DNA from: a virus
Lineage: Duplodnaviria > Heunggongvirae > Uroviricota > Caudoviricetes
Length of the DNA: 16,428 nucleotides
IMG/VR virus record: IMGVR_UViG_2524023210_000007
Span: 1-16,428 of that record
Direction: 5' to 3' (one strand)
The position numbers and the translations under genes are program-made. This document shows, piece after piece, positions 1 to 7,441 of the stretch. A model generated the notes under the pieces. That model saw nothing but the letters and a program-made list of their open reading frames with translations. It made no database searches and was not told the origin of the DNA. How positions within the stretch are numbered: the first letter of the stretch is position 1; each line of letters opens with the position of its first letter.

Positions 1-285
1 CTCTACACGGCCTCACCGCGTCCCTACGATGGGCTGCCCGAGCTGGTCTATCCCTTCCACGACCGCGACGTGCTCGTCACAGCTTGCGGACGGCTCTGCC
101 TGCACCGCAAGAGGATCAACATCTCAACTGTGCTGGCCGGTCAGCGGCTCGGCATCAAGGAAGTCGATGACGGCATTTGGCTCGTCAGCTTCATGCACTA
201 TGATCTGGGATACTTCGACCTGGAGCAGAAAACCCTGCAGCCCCTCGACAACCCGTTCGGCACGAGGTTGTCACCTATGTCCTAG
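1..285 (+). CDS. IS481-family transposase, C-terminal part (5' end outside window)
   Basis: Frame is open from base 1 (LYTASPRPYDGLPELVYPFHDRDVLVTACGRLCLHRKRINISTVLAGQRLGIKEVDDGIWLVSFMHYDLGYFDLEQKTLQPLDNPFG...), the typical C-terminus of alphaproteobacterial IS481-like transposases; stop TAG at 283-285. Confidence 0.85.
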   Translation, partial: LYTASPRPYDGLPELVYPFHDRDVLVTACGRLCLHRKRINISTVLAGQRLGIKEVDDGIWLVSFMHYDLGYFDLEQKTLQPLDNPFGTRLSPMS

Positions 286-319
286 GTACGTTCTGTTACC
301 TATCTGTCCGGGCTGGACA
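1..319 (+). mobile_element. IS481-family insertion sequence, right end
   Basis: The transposase is followed by two sub-terminal boxes, TGTCACCTATGT (269-280) and TGTTACCTATCT (294-305), and a terminal ...GGACA at 319 (5'-TGT on the other strand, as in IS481). The att repeat starts at the next base. Confidence 0.8.
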
Positions 320-374
320 TGATTTTGTTTGGTGAGCGCGGAGGGACTCGAACCCTCGACCCCATGATTAAAAG
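320..374 (-). repeat. att direct repeat copy 1: 3' half of tRNA-Lys(TTT) (330-374) plus 10 bp of flank
   Basis: Minus strand reads CTTTTAATCATGGGGTCGAGGGTTCGAGTCCCTCCGCGCTCACCA (anticodon loop CT-TTT-AA, T-arm GTTCGA, CCA end). Identical over 55 bp to 10816-10870. No D-arm or 5' acceptor strand is adjacent. Confidence 0.93.
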
Positions 375-507
375 CTAGGGGTGTGTACACAAGCCAACCA
401 TTTCCGAACATTGAATTTTCTCCTATGAGCCAAGAAAACCGCATAATATCAGGCTTTTCTACAATATCCTACACATTCCAAGAATTTCCTTGCGTTGACC
501 TGCCAGT

Positions 508-554
508 GTGTGCATAGAGTGTGCACATAGACCACGTAACTGATTTGTGTGCAC
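508..554 (+). promoter_or_regulatory. Putative integrase arm-type binding sites, left end
   Basis: GTGTGCAT (508-515), GTGTGCAC (519-526) and GTGTGCAC (547-554), plus related GTGTGTACAC at 381-390. The same tandem pair recurs at 10747-10765. Confidence 0.65.
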
Positions 555-564
555 GGGGCAGGCC

Positions 565-1839
565 ATGCAGACCAAGATCACCAAAACGCAAATTGACCGC
601 ATGACGGCGGGACAGATCCTCGCCGACAAGGAGGTGAAGGGGTTCGTGGCGCGCAAGCTGGACAGCGGCGCCGTCACCTATGGCTACCGATATCGGGACA
701 AGACGACGGGCAAGCAGCGATGGCTGGGTTTGGGGCTGCACGGGAGCATCACAGCGGACAAGGCTCGAGACCTCGCCAAGAAGGCGGCGGGCGAGGTTGC
801 CAATAAGCAGGACCCGGTTGGGGAACTTCAGGAGGCCCGCGCCGAGGCCAAGCGGGAACGGCTGGCCGAGATCAACACCGTCAATGCCGTGCTGGACGCC
901 TTCGAGAAGGACCACGTTGAGGGCCTGCGCAGCGGCGATCAGGTGAAGCAGGCATTTACAAACCACGTTCGCCCGCGGATTGGGGATAAGTCGATTTACG
1001 ACCTCAAGCGCAGCGACATCACGACCATGCTCAACGAGGTGAAGGAGGGCACCGGGCCCGTCATGGCCGACCGGGTGCTGGCCCATGTCCGCAAGGCCTT
1101 CAACTGGCAGATGACGCAGGACGACGAATTTAAGTCGCCGATCGTGCGCGGCATGGCCAAGACCAAGCCGAAGGAGCGAGCTCGCAAGCGCATCCTGGCC
1201 GACGACGAGATCCGGGACATCTGGAAGGCCCTGGACCAATGGAAGGATGGGCCGGCCTGCTATCCCCGCTTCGTCAAGTCGCTACTGCTCGCCATGACCC
1301 GCCGCAACGAGTCCGCCAGATTGCATACCGAGGAATTGGAGGGCGATCTTTGGACGATTCCTGCGAGCCGGTACAAAAATAAGCGCGATCACGTGATCCC
1401 GATTACGTCGGCACTGAGGGAACTGCTTGGGGATAAGCCGGACGGCTGTAAGCAAAACTCATGGTTCGTGTTCTCGACCACGAAGAAAGACGGCAAGCCG
1501 GATGGGGCAAAGCCTTTCAGCGGCTTCAGCAAGGCCAAAAAGGATCTGAATAAGTTGATTGCCAAGATCAGGAAAGCCGAAGGCAGGCCACCGATGAAAC
1601 AATGGCAGTTGCACGACCTGCGCCGCACCGGCCGAAGCCTGATGAGCCGCGCCAAGGTCGATGCCGATCACGCTGAGCGCTGCATGGGGCACGTGATTGG
1701 CGGCGTGCGCGAAACCTACGACCGATACGAATACCTCGAGGAGAAGCGCAAGGCATTCGATGCCCTGGCTGCTATGGTGGAGATGATCCTCAACCCGCCG
1801 GCAGATAACGTCGTCCAGTTCTCCGGAGAGCGGAAATGA
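565..1839 (+). CDS. int: Tyrosine integrase, P4-like, with N-terminal arm-binding domain
   Basis: N-terminal arm-binding pattern (GFVARKLDSGAVTYGYRYR...RWLGLG). Catalytic residues R (MTRRNE), K (RYKNKR), HxxR (HDLRRT), H (MGH) and Y (TYDRY). The ATG at 565 is preferred over the GTG at 547, which lies inside an arm box. Confidence 0.95.
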   Translation: MQTKITKTQIDRMTAGQILADKEVKGFVARKLDSGAVTYGYRYRDKTTGKQRWLGLGLHGSITADKARDLAKKAAGEVANKQDPVGELQEARAEAKRERLAEINTVNAVLDAFEKDHVEGLRSGDQVKQAFTNHVRPRIGDKSIYDLKRSDITTMLNEVKEGTGPVMADRVLAHVRKAFNWQMTQDDEFKSPIVRGMAKTKPKERARKRILADDEIRDIWKALDQWKDGPACYPRFVKSLLLAMTRRNESARLHTEELEGDLWTIPASRYKNKRDHVIPITSALRELLGDKPDGCKQNSWFVFSTTKKDGKPDGAKPFSGFSKAKKDLNKLIAKIRKAEGRPPMKQWQLHDLRRTGRSLMSRAKVDADHAERCMGHVIGGVRETYDRYEYLEEKRKAFDALAAMVEMILNPPADNVVQFSGERK

Positions 1840-2429
1840 ACACCCATTACCAATTGCAGTTACTTCTGGATGCGCTTCGCTATTTTAACGACCACATCAC
1901 CGCCAACAACAATCTATCCGCCCAGGGAATGGCTAGCCAAATTCGGATCGAGCGGATGCTTGCGGACGCGGTTATGTTCAACGCTGGTTGGCATGCAGCC
2001 AAAAGCAATCCCGTCGAAGACCTCAAGGGGAGGGCTTCCACCGAAAAGCTATTGCCACTTCTTTTGGAGGCCAGTGAACGCGCTCGCGATTTCGCGCAGG
2101 CCACAAGTCGTGTGCAGGAACTCGATGCCAAATTGGGAGCCGCGAAGAAGCCGGGTAGAAAAAGGGGGTCATATCAGGAGTGGCACTACGAGCCCGGATA
2201 TCTGGTGGTGGTTGCGATGATCGAAACCCAGCCGGATAAGCACGTGGCCAGCCACATCCGCTGGGCGGTGAAGGAAGGCTGGCTCGACGAAGACACGCCG
2301 GATAGCAGGCATGAGCGCCGCATCGGGCTTATAAGAAAGCGCCTGGCTGAAGAAGATGCCGAACGGCTCAAGGCTCTTGGCAGCAACGTGGTGAAGTTCA
2401 CGCCCCGCAAACGGAAGAAGCTACATTAA
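1836..2429 (+). CDS. Hypothetical protein (197 aa) translationally coupled to the integrase
   Basis: ATGA overlap with the integrase stop; long ORF; basic C-terminus; no family recognised. Confidence 0.75.
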   Translation: MNTHYQLQLLLDALRYFNDHITANNNLSAQGMASQIRIERMLADAVMFNAGWHAAKSNPVEDLKGRASTEKLLPLLLEASERARDFAQATSRVQELDAKLGAAKKPGRKRGSYQEWHYEPGYLVVVAMIETQPDKHVASHIRWAVKEGWLDEDTPDSRHERRIGLIRKRLAEEDAERLKALGSNVVKFTPRKRKKLH

Positions 2430-2432
2430 TGC

Positions 2433-2608
2433 GGCGTCGCGATTTTGTAGCGGCAATTGGCTACAAAAACTCTGACGCCGATTTTTGTAGGGTCGTTTCG
2501 ATTCTGTTCTGATTTGTTCTGTGGTGTTCTGTCTCGGTATTCACCTTACCGAGAAATTCCGGAAAAGGTTTAGCGTAACGGGTTTCTCGGTAGCAGAAGC
2601 AACCGAGG
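2433..2608. promoter_or_regulatory. Repeat-rich regulatory region upstream of the AlpA-like gene
   Basis: TTTTGTAG boxes at 2443-2450, 2461-2468 (inverted) and 2483-2490. Palindromes TCTCGGTA-N7-TACCGAGA (2532-2554) and TCTCGGTA-N8-AACCGAGG (2585-2608). Confidence 0.55.
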
Positions 2609-2614
2609 ACTTTG

Positions 2615-2830
2615 ATGGACACTCCGAACAAAGCGCATCGGCCGCCGGTCGATGTGAAGGGCGCCGCAGTTTATACCGGCTTCGGCGAGGGATATCTCAA
2701 CAAGCTACGCTGCACTGGCGGCGGGCCCGTTTACATCAAGCGCAACGGCACCATTCGCTACGATCTAGACGACCTAGACGCCTGGCTGTCAGCGGGCAAG
2801 GTGCGGTCTACTTCGGAGGTTGCCGCTTGA
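2615..2830 (+). CDS. AlpA/excisionase-like helix-turn-helix protein
   Basis: VDVKGAAVYTGFGEGYLNKLRCTGGGPVYIKRNGTIRYDLDDLDAW matches the MerR-like HTH_17/AlpA pattern; GAGGA RBS before ATG 2615. Confidence 0.88.
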   Translation: MDTPNKAHRPPVDVKGAAVYTGFGEGYLNKLRCTGGGPVYIKRNGTIRYDLDDLDAWLSAGKVRSTSEVAA

Positions 2831-3027
2831 TGCAGCCTCATAAGGAAAACCCCGCGCTGGTGACGCGGGGCGTTCCGAACTCTGATCTGGCTGGCGCTTT
2901 GATCGGTTCGGAAGATACAAAATCGCTCTGCTATTTTCAAGCAAACAATCTCACTCGCCGCTGCGCCATCTCGTTCGCGATGGCTTCGGTCGTTGCACCT
3001 CTCCTGCATGGGGAGGTGTCGCGATGA
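2830..3027 (+). CDS. Small hypothetical protein (65 aa)
   Basis: MQPHKENPALVTRGVP...LLHGEVSR; TGATG overlap with the AlpA stop and ATGA overlap with the next ORF. Confidence 0.6.
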   Translation: MQPHKENPALVTRGVPNSDLAGALIGSEDTKSLCYFQANNLTRRCAISFAMASVVAPLLHGEVSR

Positions 3028-3203
3028 GGATGCCTGCGCTTGCAATTATCGGGCAGATCCGCGCCATCGGCGAGGTATGCCCGCGGGACTATTGGCTTCC
3101 AGAGGAACGGAAGGCCTTTGCCGATGCGATCTATGAGGCCGCCGGCAACATCGAGCAGGCCATCTCCAAACGGCAGCGCCTCCCGAAGGGAGATGCGGCA
3201 TGA
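3024..3203 (+). CDS. Small hypothetical protein (59 aa; absent from ORF track)
   Basis: MRMPALAIIGQIRAIGEVCPRDYWLPEERKAFADAIYEAAGNIEQAISKRQRLPKGDAA; GGAGG RBS; ATGA overlaps with both neighbours. Confidence 0.7.
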   Translation: MRMPALAIIGQIRAIGEVCPRDYWLPEERKAFADAIYEAAGNIEQAISKRQRLPKGDAA

Positions 3204-4660
3204 ATGCACACGTATTCAATTTCACTCCGCGAGAGGTCGCGCTTGCATTGGGCGGCGAGGTCACTGGCAACCAGGTTCTGGCGCCCGGTCCCAACCACTC
3301 ACCCAAGGACCGTTCCCTTTCGATCAAGATCGACCCGGCCGCGCCTGGTGGCTTCGTGGTGACCAGCTTCGCAAACGATGATCCGTTGGCCTGCAAGGAC
3401 TATGTGCGGGAAAGGCTCGGCATTCGTTGGGAGCCGACGCGCCGGCCGCTCGTCGACAGCATCACCAGGATGGCCGATCGCGTGCGCAAGCCGGTTGCGA
3501 AGGCCGGCACCCCGCCAGCGGAGTACGTCTACAAGCAGGCTGACGGTACGAACTACCTGCGTGTCGTGCGTCCCGGCTTCTATCAATCGCACTGGAACGG
3601 AAGCGCGTGGGTGACTGGCGCGCCCAAGGGGCCGAAGATCCCGTACCGGCTGCCCGAATTGCTCGAGGCTGAGCATGAAACCGTGTTTGTGGTCGAGGGT
3701 GAAAAGGACGCGGACAACGTTGCGGCGCTGGGCCTGACGGTCACCACCAACCCTGGCGGCGCCGGGAAGTTTACTCCCGAGCTGGCCGAATACTTTAGGG
3801 ACAGGGATGTCTATATCCTGCCGGACAATGACGAGGCCGGCGCCAAGCACGCGCAGCAGGTTGTTGAAACCGTGCTCAACGTCGCGCGGTCGGTTCGTAT
3901 CGTGACGCTCCCGGGCCTGCCCGATAAGGGCGACGTGTCGGATTGGCTTGAGGCGGGCGGCATGGTCGAAAAGCTCGTCGATATAGCGCGCCATACTCCC
4001 GAGATCGAGAAGACCGAAGCGCATCATCTGGTCGAAACAAGCGCGGAATTCATCGCAACGTTCGTTCCGCCTGACTACGCAATTGACGGGTTGGTGCAGC
4101 GGCGGTTCTGCTACTCGCTCACCGCGCCAACCGGTCACGGCAAGACCGCTGTTGCCTTGCTGATCTCTGCTCACAAGGCTTTGGGCCTACCGCTCGGCAA
4201 CCGGGATGTTGAACCCGGCCGTGTTCTGTACCTTGCCGGCGAAAATCCCGATGACGTTCGCATGCGGTGGATCGCCCTTGCAGACAAGATGGACTTTGAC
4301 CCCGAGACGATCGGGGTTCACTTCGTGGCCGGTGTCAAGAAACTTTCAGAGATCGCGCCGCGGATCCGGGAAGAAGTGCAGCGCATTGACGGCGGGGTAT
4401 CGTTGGTCGTGGTCGATACCAGCGCGGCATTCTTCGAGGGCGACGAGGAAAACGGCAACGTCCAGGCCGGCGCCCATGCCCGCATGATGCGCTCGCTGGT
4501 TTCACTGCCTGGCGGACCGTGCGTCCTTGTCATGTGTCACCCGGTCAAGAACGCGCAGCAGGACAGCCTGCTACCGCGAGGCGGCGGCGCATTCATTGCG
4601 GAGGTCGACGGCAACCTAACGTGCTGGAAAACGGACATCCACTGGCGCCTCGAATGCTGA
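3200..4660 (+). CDS. Toprim primase fused to an AAA_25/RepA-type (SF4) helicase, probably C-terminally truncated
   Basis: Toprim motifs VFVVEGEKD and ILPDND, LPDKGDVSDW. Walker A APTGHGKT, YLAGEN, Walker B LVVVDT, MCHPVK, PRGGGAF. The ORF ends abruptly after EVDGNLTCWKTD. Confidence 0.9.
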   Translation: MNAHVFNFTPREVALALGGEVTGNQVLAPGPNHSPKDRSLSIKIDPAAPGGFVVTSFANDDPLACKDYVRERLGIRWEPTRRPLVDSITRMADRVRKPVAKAGTPPAEYVYKQADGTNYLRVVRPGFYQSHWNGSAWVTGAPKGPKIPYRLPELLEAEHETVFVVEGEKDADNVAALGLTVTTNPGGAGKFTPELAEYFRDRDVYILPDNDEAGAKHAQQVVETVLNVARSVRIVTLPGLPDKGDVSDWLEAGGMVEKLVDIARHTPEIEKTEAHHLVETSAEFIATFVPPDYAIDGLVQRRFCYSLTAPTGHGKTAVALLISAHKALGLPLGNRDVEPGRVLYLAGENPDDVRMRWIALADKMDFDPETIGVHFVAGVKKLSEIAPRIREEVQRIDGGVSLVVVDTSAAFFEGDEENGNVQAGAHARMMRSLVSLPGGPCVLVMCHPVKNAQQDSLLPRGGGAFIAEVDGNLTCWKTDIHWRLEC

Positions 4661-5813
4661 AGAGCTGATCTTCGACAACATCGATAGCGGCTATCTGGTC
4701 TCTGTGGCGACGCAGGAAGGCGCCGGCCGAAGCTCCACCGCGCAGATGCTGCATGCCTCTGAGGCGGCGTTCTGGGTGTCGTTGATGGAGCAGCTTGCCG
4801 CGCTGATGCAGACCATCCCGGACATTGACGGCACCGAGATCATTCTCGAGACGACCGGGAATCAGTTCGGTGACGAATTCCACCAGCTGTGGCGACGCTC
4901 CCAGGCCGGGGAAACCGCCTTCGTTGCGATCTTCCTGCCGTGGTCGATCGATGCGACCTATCGCAAGCCGGTGCCCGAAGACTTCACCATGACGGCCGAT
5001 GAGCAAGAGCTTGCAGACCTGCACAAGCTCGATGCCGAGCAAATCTATTGGCGCCGTTGCAAGATTGCCGAGATTGGCGGCAGTGAAGACTATTTCAAGC
5101 GGGAATATCCGCTGACACCTGACGAGGCGTTCATGGCCTCGCAGTTCGATAGCTACATCACCAACGATCTTGTGTTGAAGGCCCGCAAGACCACGGATAT
5201 TGAGCCATATGGGCCGCTGATTATTGGCGTCGACCCCGCCGGCAAGGGTGCGGATAGCACCGCCATTGCCTGGCGCCGCGGTCACAGCATCACGAAGACA
5301 CAGCGCTGGAAGGGTCTGGACACGATGCAGGTTGCCGGCCTGGTCGGAAGGATCATCCGCGAGGAGAAGCCGGCCAAGGTGAACATTGACGTTGGCGGCC
5401 TTGGTGTGGGTGTCGCCGATCGGCTGGAGGAGCAGGGTTACCAGATCAGCCGCGTGAACTTCGGCGGTAAGCCTGTAGAGCCACCGCCGTTTGATGAGAA
5501 CGGCAAGCCTGCGGGCGGCCCCGCAAATCGACGTGCGGAGCTATACGTCAACCTGAAGGCAGCGCTGCAGGGGCGTTTCTCGTTGCCGGACAGCGACAGC
5601 CTGCATTCTGACCTGGTGAGCATGGGCTACAAATTCATGTCGGACGGCCGTCTGCTGCTCGAGAGCAAGGAAGACATGCGCAAGCGCGGCATGCCGTCGC
5701 CTGACGAAGGCGATGCTGTGGCACTGTGCTTCACGGAGCCGGACGGCTCTCCGTTCCCGCATGCGAGTAACTTCCACCGCAAGATTGAATACCCTGGAGG
5801 GGCCTATGTCTGA
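4638..5813 (+). pseudogene. terL: Phage terminase large subunit lacking its N-terminal (Walker A) part
   Basis: Frame is open from a TAA at 4617-4619 and reads STGASNAEELIFDNIDSGYLVSVATQEGAGRSSTAQMLHASEAAFW (Walker B region), ILETTGN (coupling motif), and RNase H-like nuclease IIGVDPAGKGADS...DVGGLG...SPDEGDA. No Walker A or RBS-supported start. Confidence 0.85.
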
Positions 5814-6108
5814 GGTGAAGCAGGTAAGCGCGATCGTCGCCAATCCGAGCATGCTGCGCGACAACGATCCGGGCCAAGTCACGATCGGCTACTACACCCT
5901 TAAGGACGATGTGCTGACGATGACGGACGGCACGGGCGAACCGGTGCGAAACCGGTATGGAGAGAAGACGACCCACAAGCTGCAGGCAGGGGAGGCCCCC
6001 GATGTCATCGCGAAGCGTCTGACGCTGAAGATCTATCGGCGCATCAGGGGCAGCGATGACATCGGGTTCGGCCGGCGGTTGGTGTATCCGAAAGTCGGGA
6101 TCGCATAG
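5806..6108 (+). CDS. Hypothetical protein (100 aa)
   Basis: MSEVKQVSAIVANPS...FGRRLVYPKVGIA; GGAGG RBS; overlaps the terL stop. Confidence 0.75.
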   Translation: MSEVKQVSAIVANPSMLRDNDPGQVTIGYYTLKDDVLTMTDGTGEPVRNRYGEKTTHKLQAGEAPDVIAKRLTLKIYRRIRGSDDIGFGRRLVYPKVGIA

Positions 6109-6271
6109 CCCGTAATTTGGGCCTAAGTCGGGGCGCCCAACGGTTGAGATCGGGCCGAACCACAATCGCGATATCGCCGCTTCTTTTTGGGGCGGTAGCG
6201 GTATTTATAAAAATGGTTAACCAGCAGGCGAGGCGAATCTGCTATTGCCGGTTGTATTGGGGGGTACACAG

Positions 6272-7159
6272 TTGACTATTGCTGCTTGCTATCTTTCGAG
6301 CGAAGGGGTGGTGCTGGGCGCTGACAGCACGTCGACGTACACGCTCCCGTCCGGGAATCATTACTTTAATCACGGCCAGAAGATATTCGAGATCGGCGAA
6401 AATTCGACGTTTGGGATTGTGACGTGGGGGCTGGGCGGCCTCTCCGTGGGGAGCCATCGCACGTTGGTGGCCTTGCTGGCGGACGATCTCAAGAAAAAGA
6501 AACCAAAGAGCATGCAGGAGGTGGCCGACCGTTGGTGCGCTCATTTTTGGACGGCATACAGCTCGTCCTTGAGCGCCGACATCCAGCTATGCGGCACCCT
6601 CTCCAAGCTGTTGCCATACGACCCTCTTGCCGTACCGCCGGCCCCTAATTCGCGGACGAAAGACCAAGAAGCTCAATATAATGGCCTACGGAATAACCTG
6701 ACGGTGGGCTTTTGCATCGCAGGATATGTGTCGCCTGACCGTAAGCCGCAGGCCTTTGAAACCGTATTCGATCCCCAGAACGGGAAGCCGCAACCAAAGG
6801 AAATACCGGCCGGGGGGCAGCGCTTTTGGGGGGCGCCGAACATGATTGCCCGCCTGCTCCACGGGTATGATCCCGCTCTACGGCAAGCCTTGCTCAGTTC
6901 GGGCAAATGGAGTGGAACCGAGGCCGAACTAGATGGTTTGCTCCGAAAACAGGCTCTAACCCACCTGCCGGCGCCAATCCGCGATGCAGTCGACTTCACG
7001 TATACGTGCATTCTGAGCACCATTAAGGCTTTGAAATTCTCGAGCTTTGCACAAACCTGTGGCGGGCCGATCGAGATTGCGGTAATCACCGCCGACCGGC
7101 CGTTCAGGTGGGTGCGTCACAAGGCGTGGGATGCAGCCATAACTGAGGGAGAACCGTAA
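6272..7159 (+). CDS. Proteasome-beta-like N-terminal-nucleophile (Thr) hydrolase, 295 aa
   Basis: TTG start at 6272 after GGGGGT gives M-TIAACYLSSEGVVLGADS with Thr1 and Asp17, QKIF (Lys33 equivalent), TWGLGG (oxyanion Gly), FCIAGY and C-terminal CGGPIEIAVIT. Confidence 0.8.
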   Translation: MTIAACYLSSEGVVLGADSTSTYTLPSGNHYFNHGQKIFEIGENSTFGIVTWGLGGLSVGSHRTLVALLADDLKKKKPKSMQEVADRWCAHFWTAYSSSLSADIQLCGTLSKLLPYDPLAVPPAPNSRTKDQEAQYNGLRNNLTVGFCIAGYVSPDRKPQAFETVFDPQNGKPQPKEIPAGGQRFWGAPNMIARLLHGYDPALRQALLSSGKWSGTEAELDGLLRKQALTHLPAPIRDAVDFTYTCILSTIKALKFSSFAQTCGGPIEIAVITADRPFRWVRHKAWDAAITEGEP

Positions 7160-7356
7160 TGCCGGACCAGTCAAGGAAGGTAAATCAGTTGGACCCGCAC
7201 TATTCTAGCGATATCCGATCAGAGATCGTCACGTCGTCTCCCTGCGATCCCAACGATATTTATGGCGTGTTGGGTGATCAGCGCGCACATGTCGAGGTGC
7301 GCACCGAGACTGAGTATTCCCTTGCGGCAGCTTGGGCACCGGTTGCTGACGAATAG
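7159..7356 (+). CDS. Small hypothetical protein (65 aa) coupled to the Ntn hydrolase
   Basis: TAATG stop/start overlap, GAGGGAGA RBS at 7145-7152, and a terminator downstream. Confidence 0.65.
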   Translation: MPDQSRKVNQLDPHYSSDIRSEIVTSSPCDPNDIYGVLGDQRAHVEVRTETEYSLAAAWAPVADE

Positions 7357-7379
7357 TCATCCTCAAGCGAGCTGATCGA

Positions 7380-7412
7380 AAAAAAGCCGCCTGATAACCA
7401 GGCGGCTTTTTT
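7380..7412. terminator. Bidirectional rho-independent terminator
   Basis: AAAAAAGCCGCCTG-ATAAC-CAGGCGGCTTTTTT between convergent genes. Confidence 0.9.
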
Positions 7413-7441
7413 ATTCCCGGTTTGTCGTAGGTGTGGAAAAC

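Noticed and set aside
330-374. Complete tRNA-Lys genes here and at 10826-10870
   Set aside because: Only the anticodon loop to CCA is present; the adjacent bases cannot form the 5' anticodon stem, D-arm or acceptor strand.
2521-2829. N-terminal extension of the 168-aa ORF 2521-3027
   Set aside because: Overlaps the operator array and the AlpA gene; the coupled ATG at 2830 is more plausible.
7315-7356. ssrA-like YSLAA sequence in the 65-aa protein
   Set aside because: It is followed by AWAPVADE, so it is not terminal and would not act as a standard degron.
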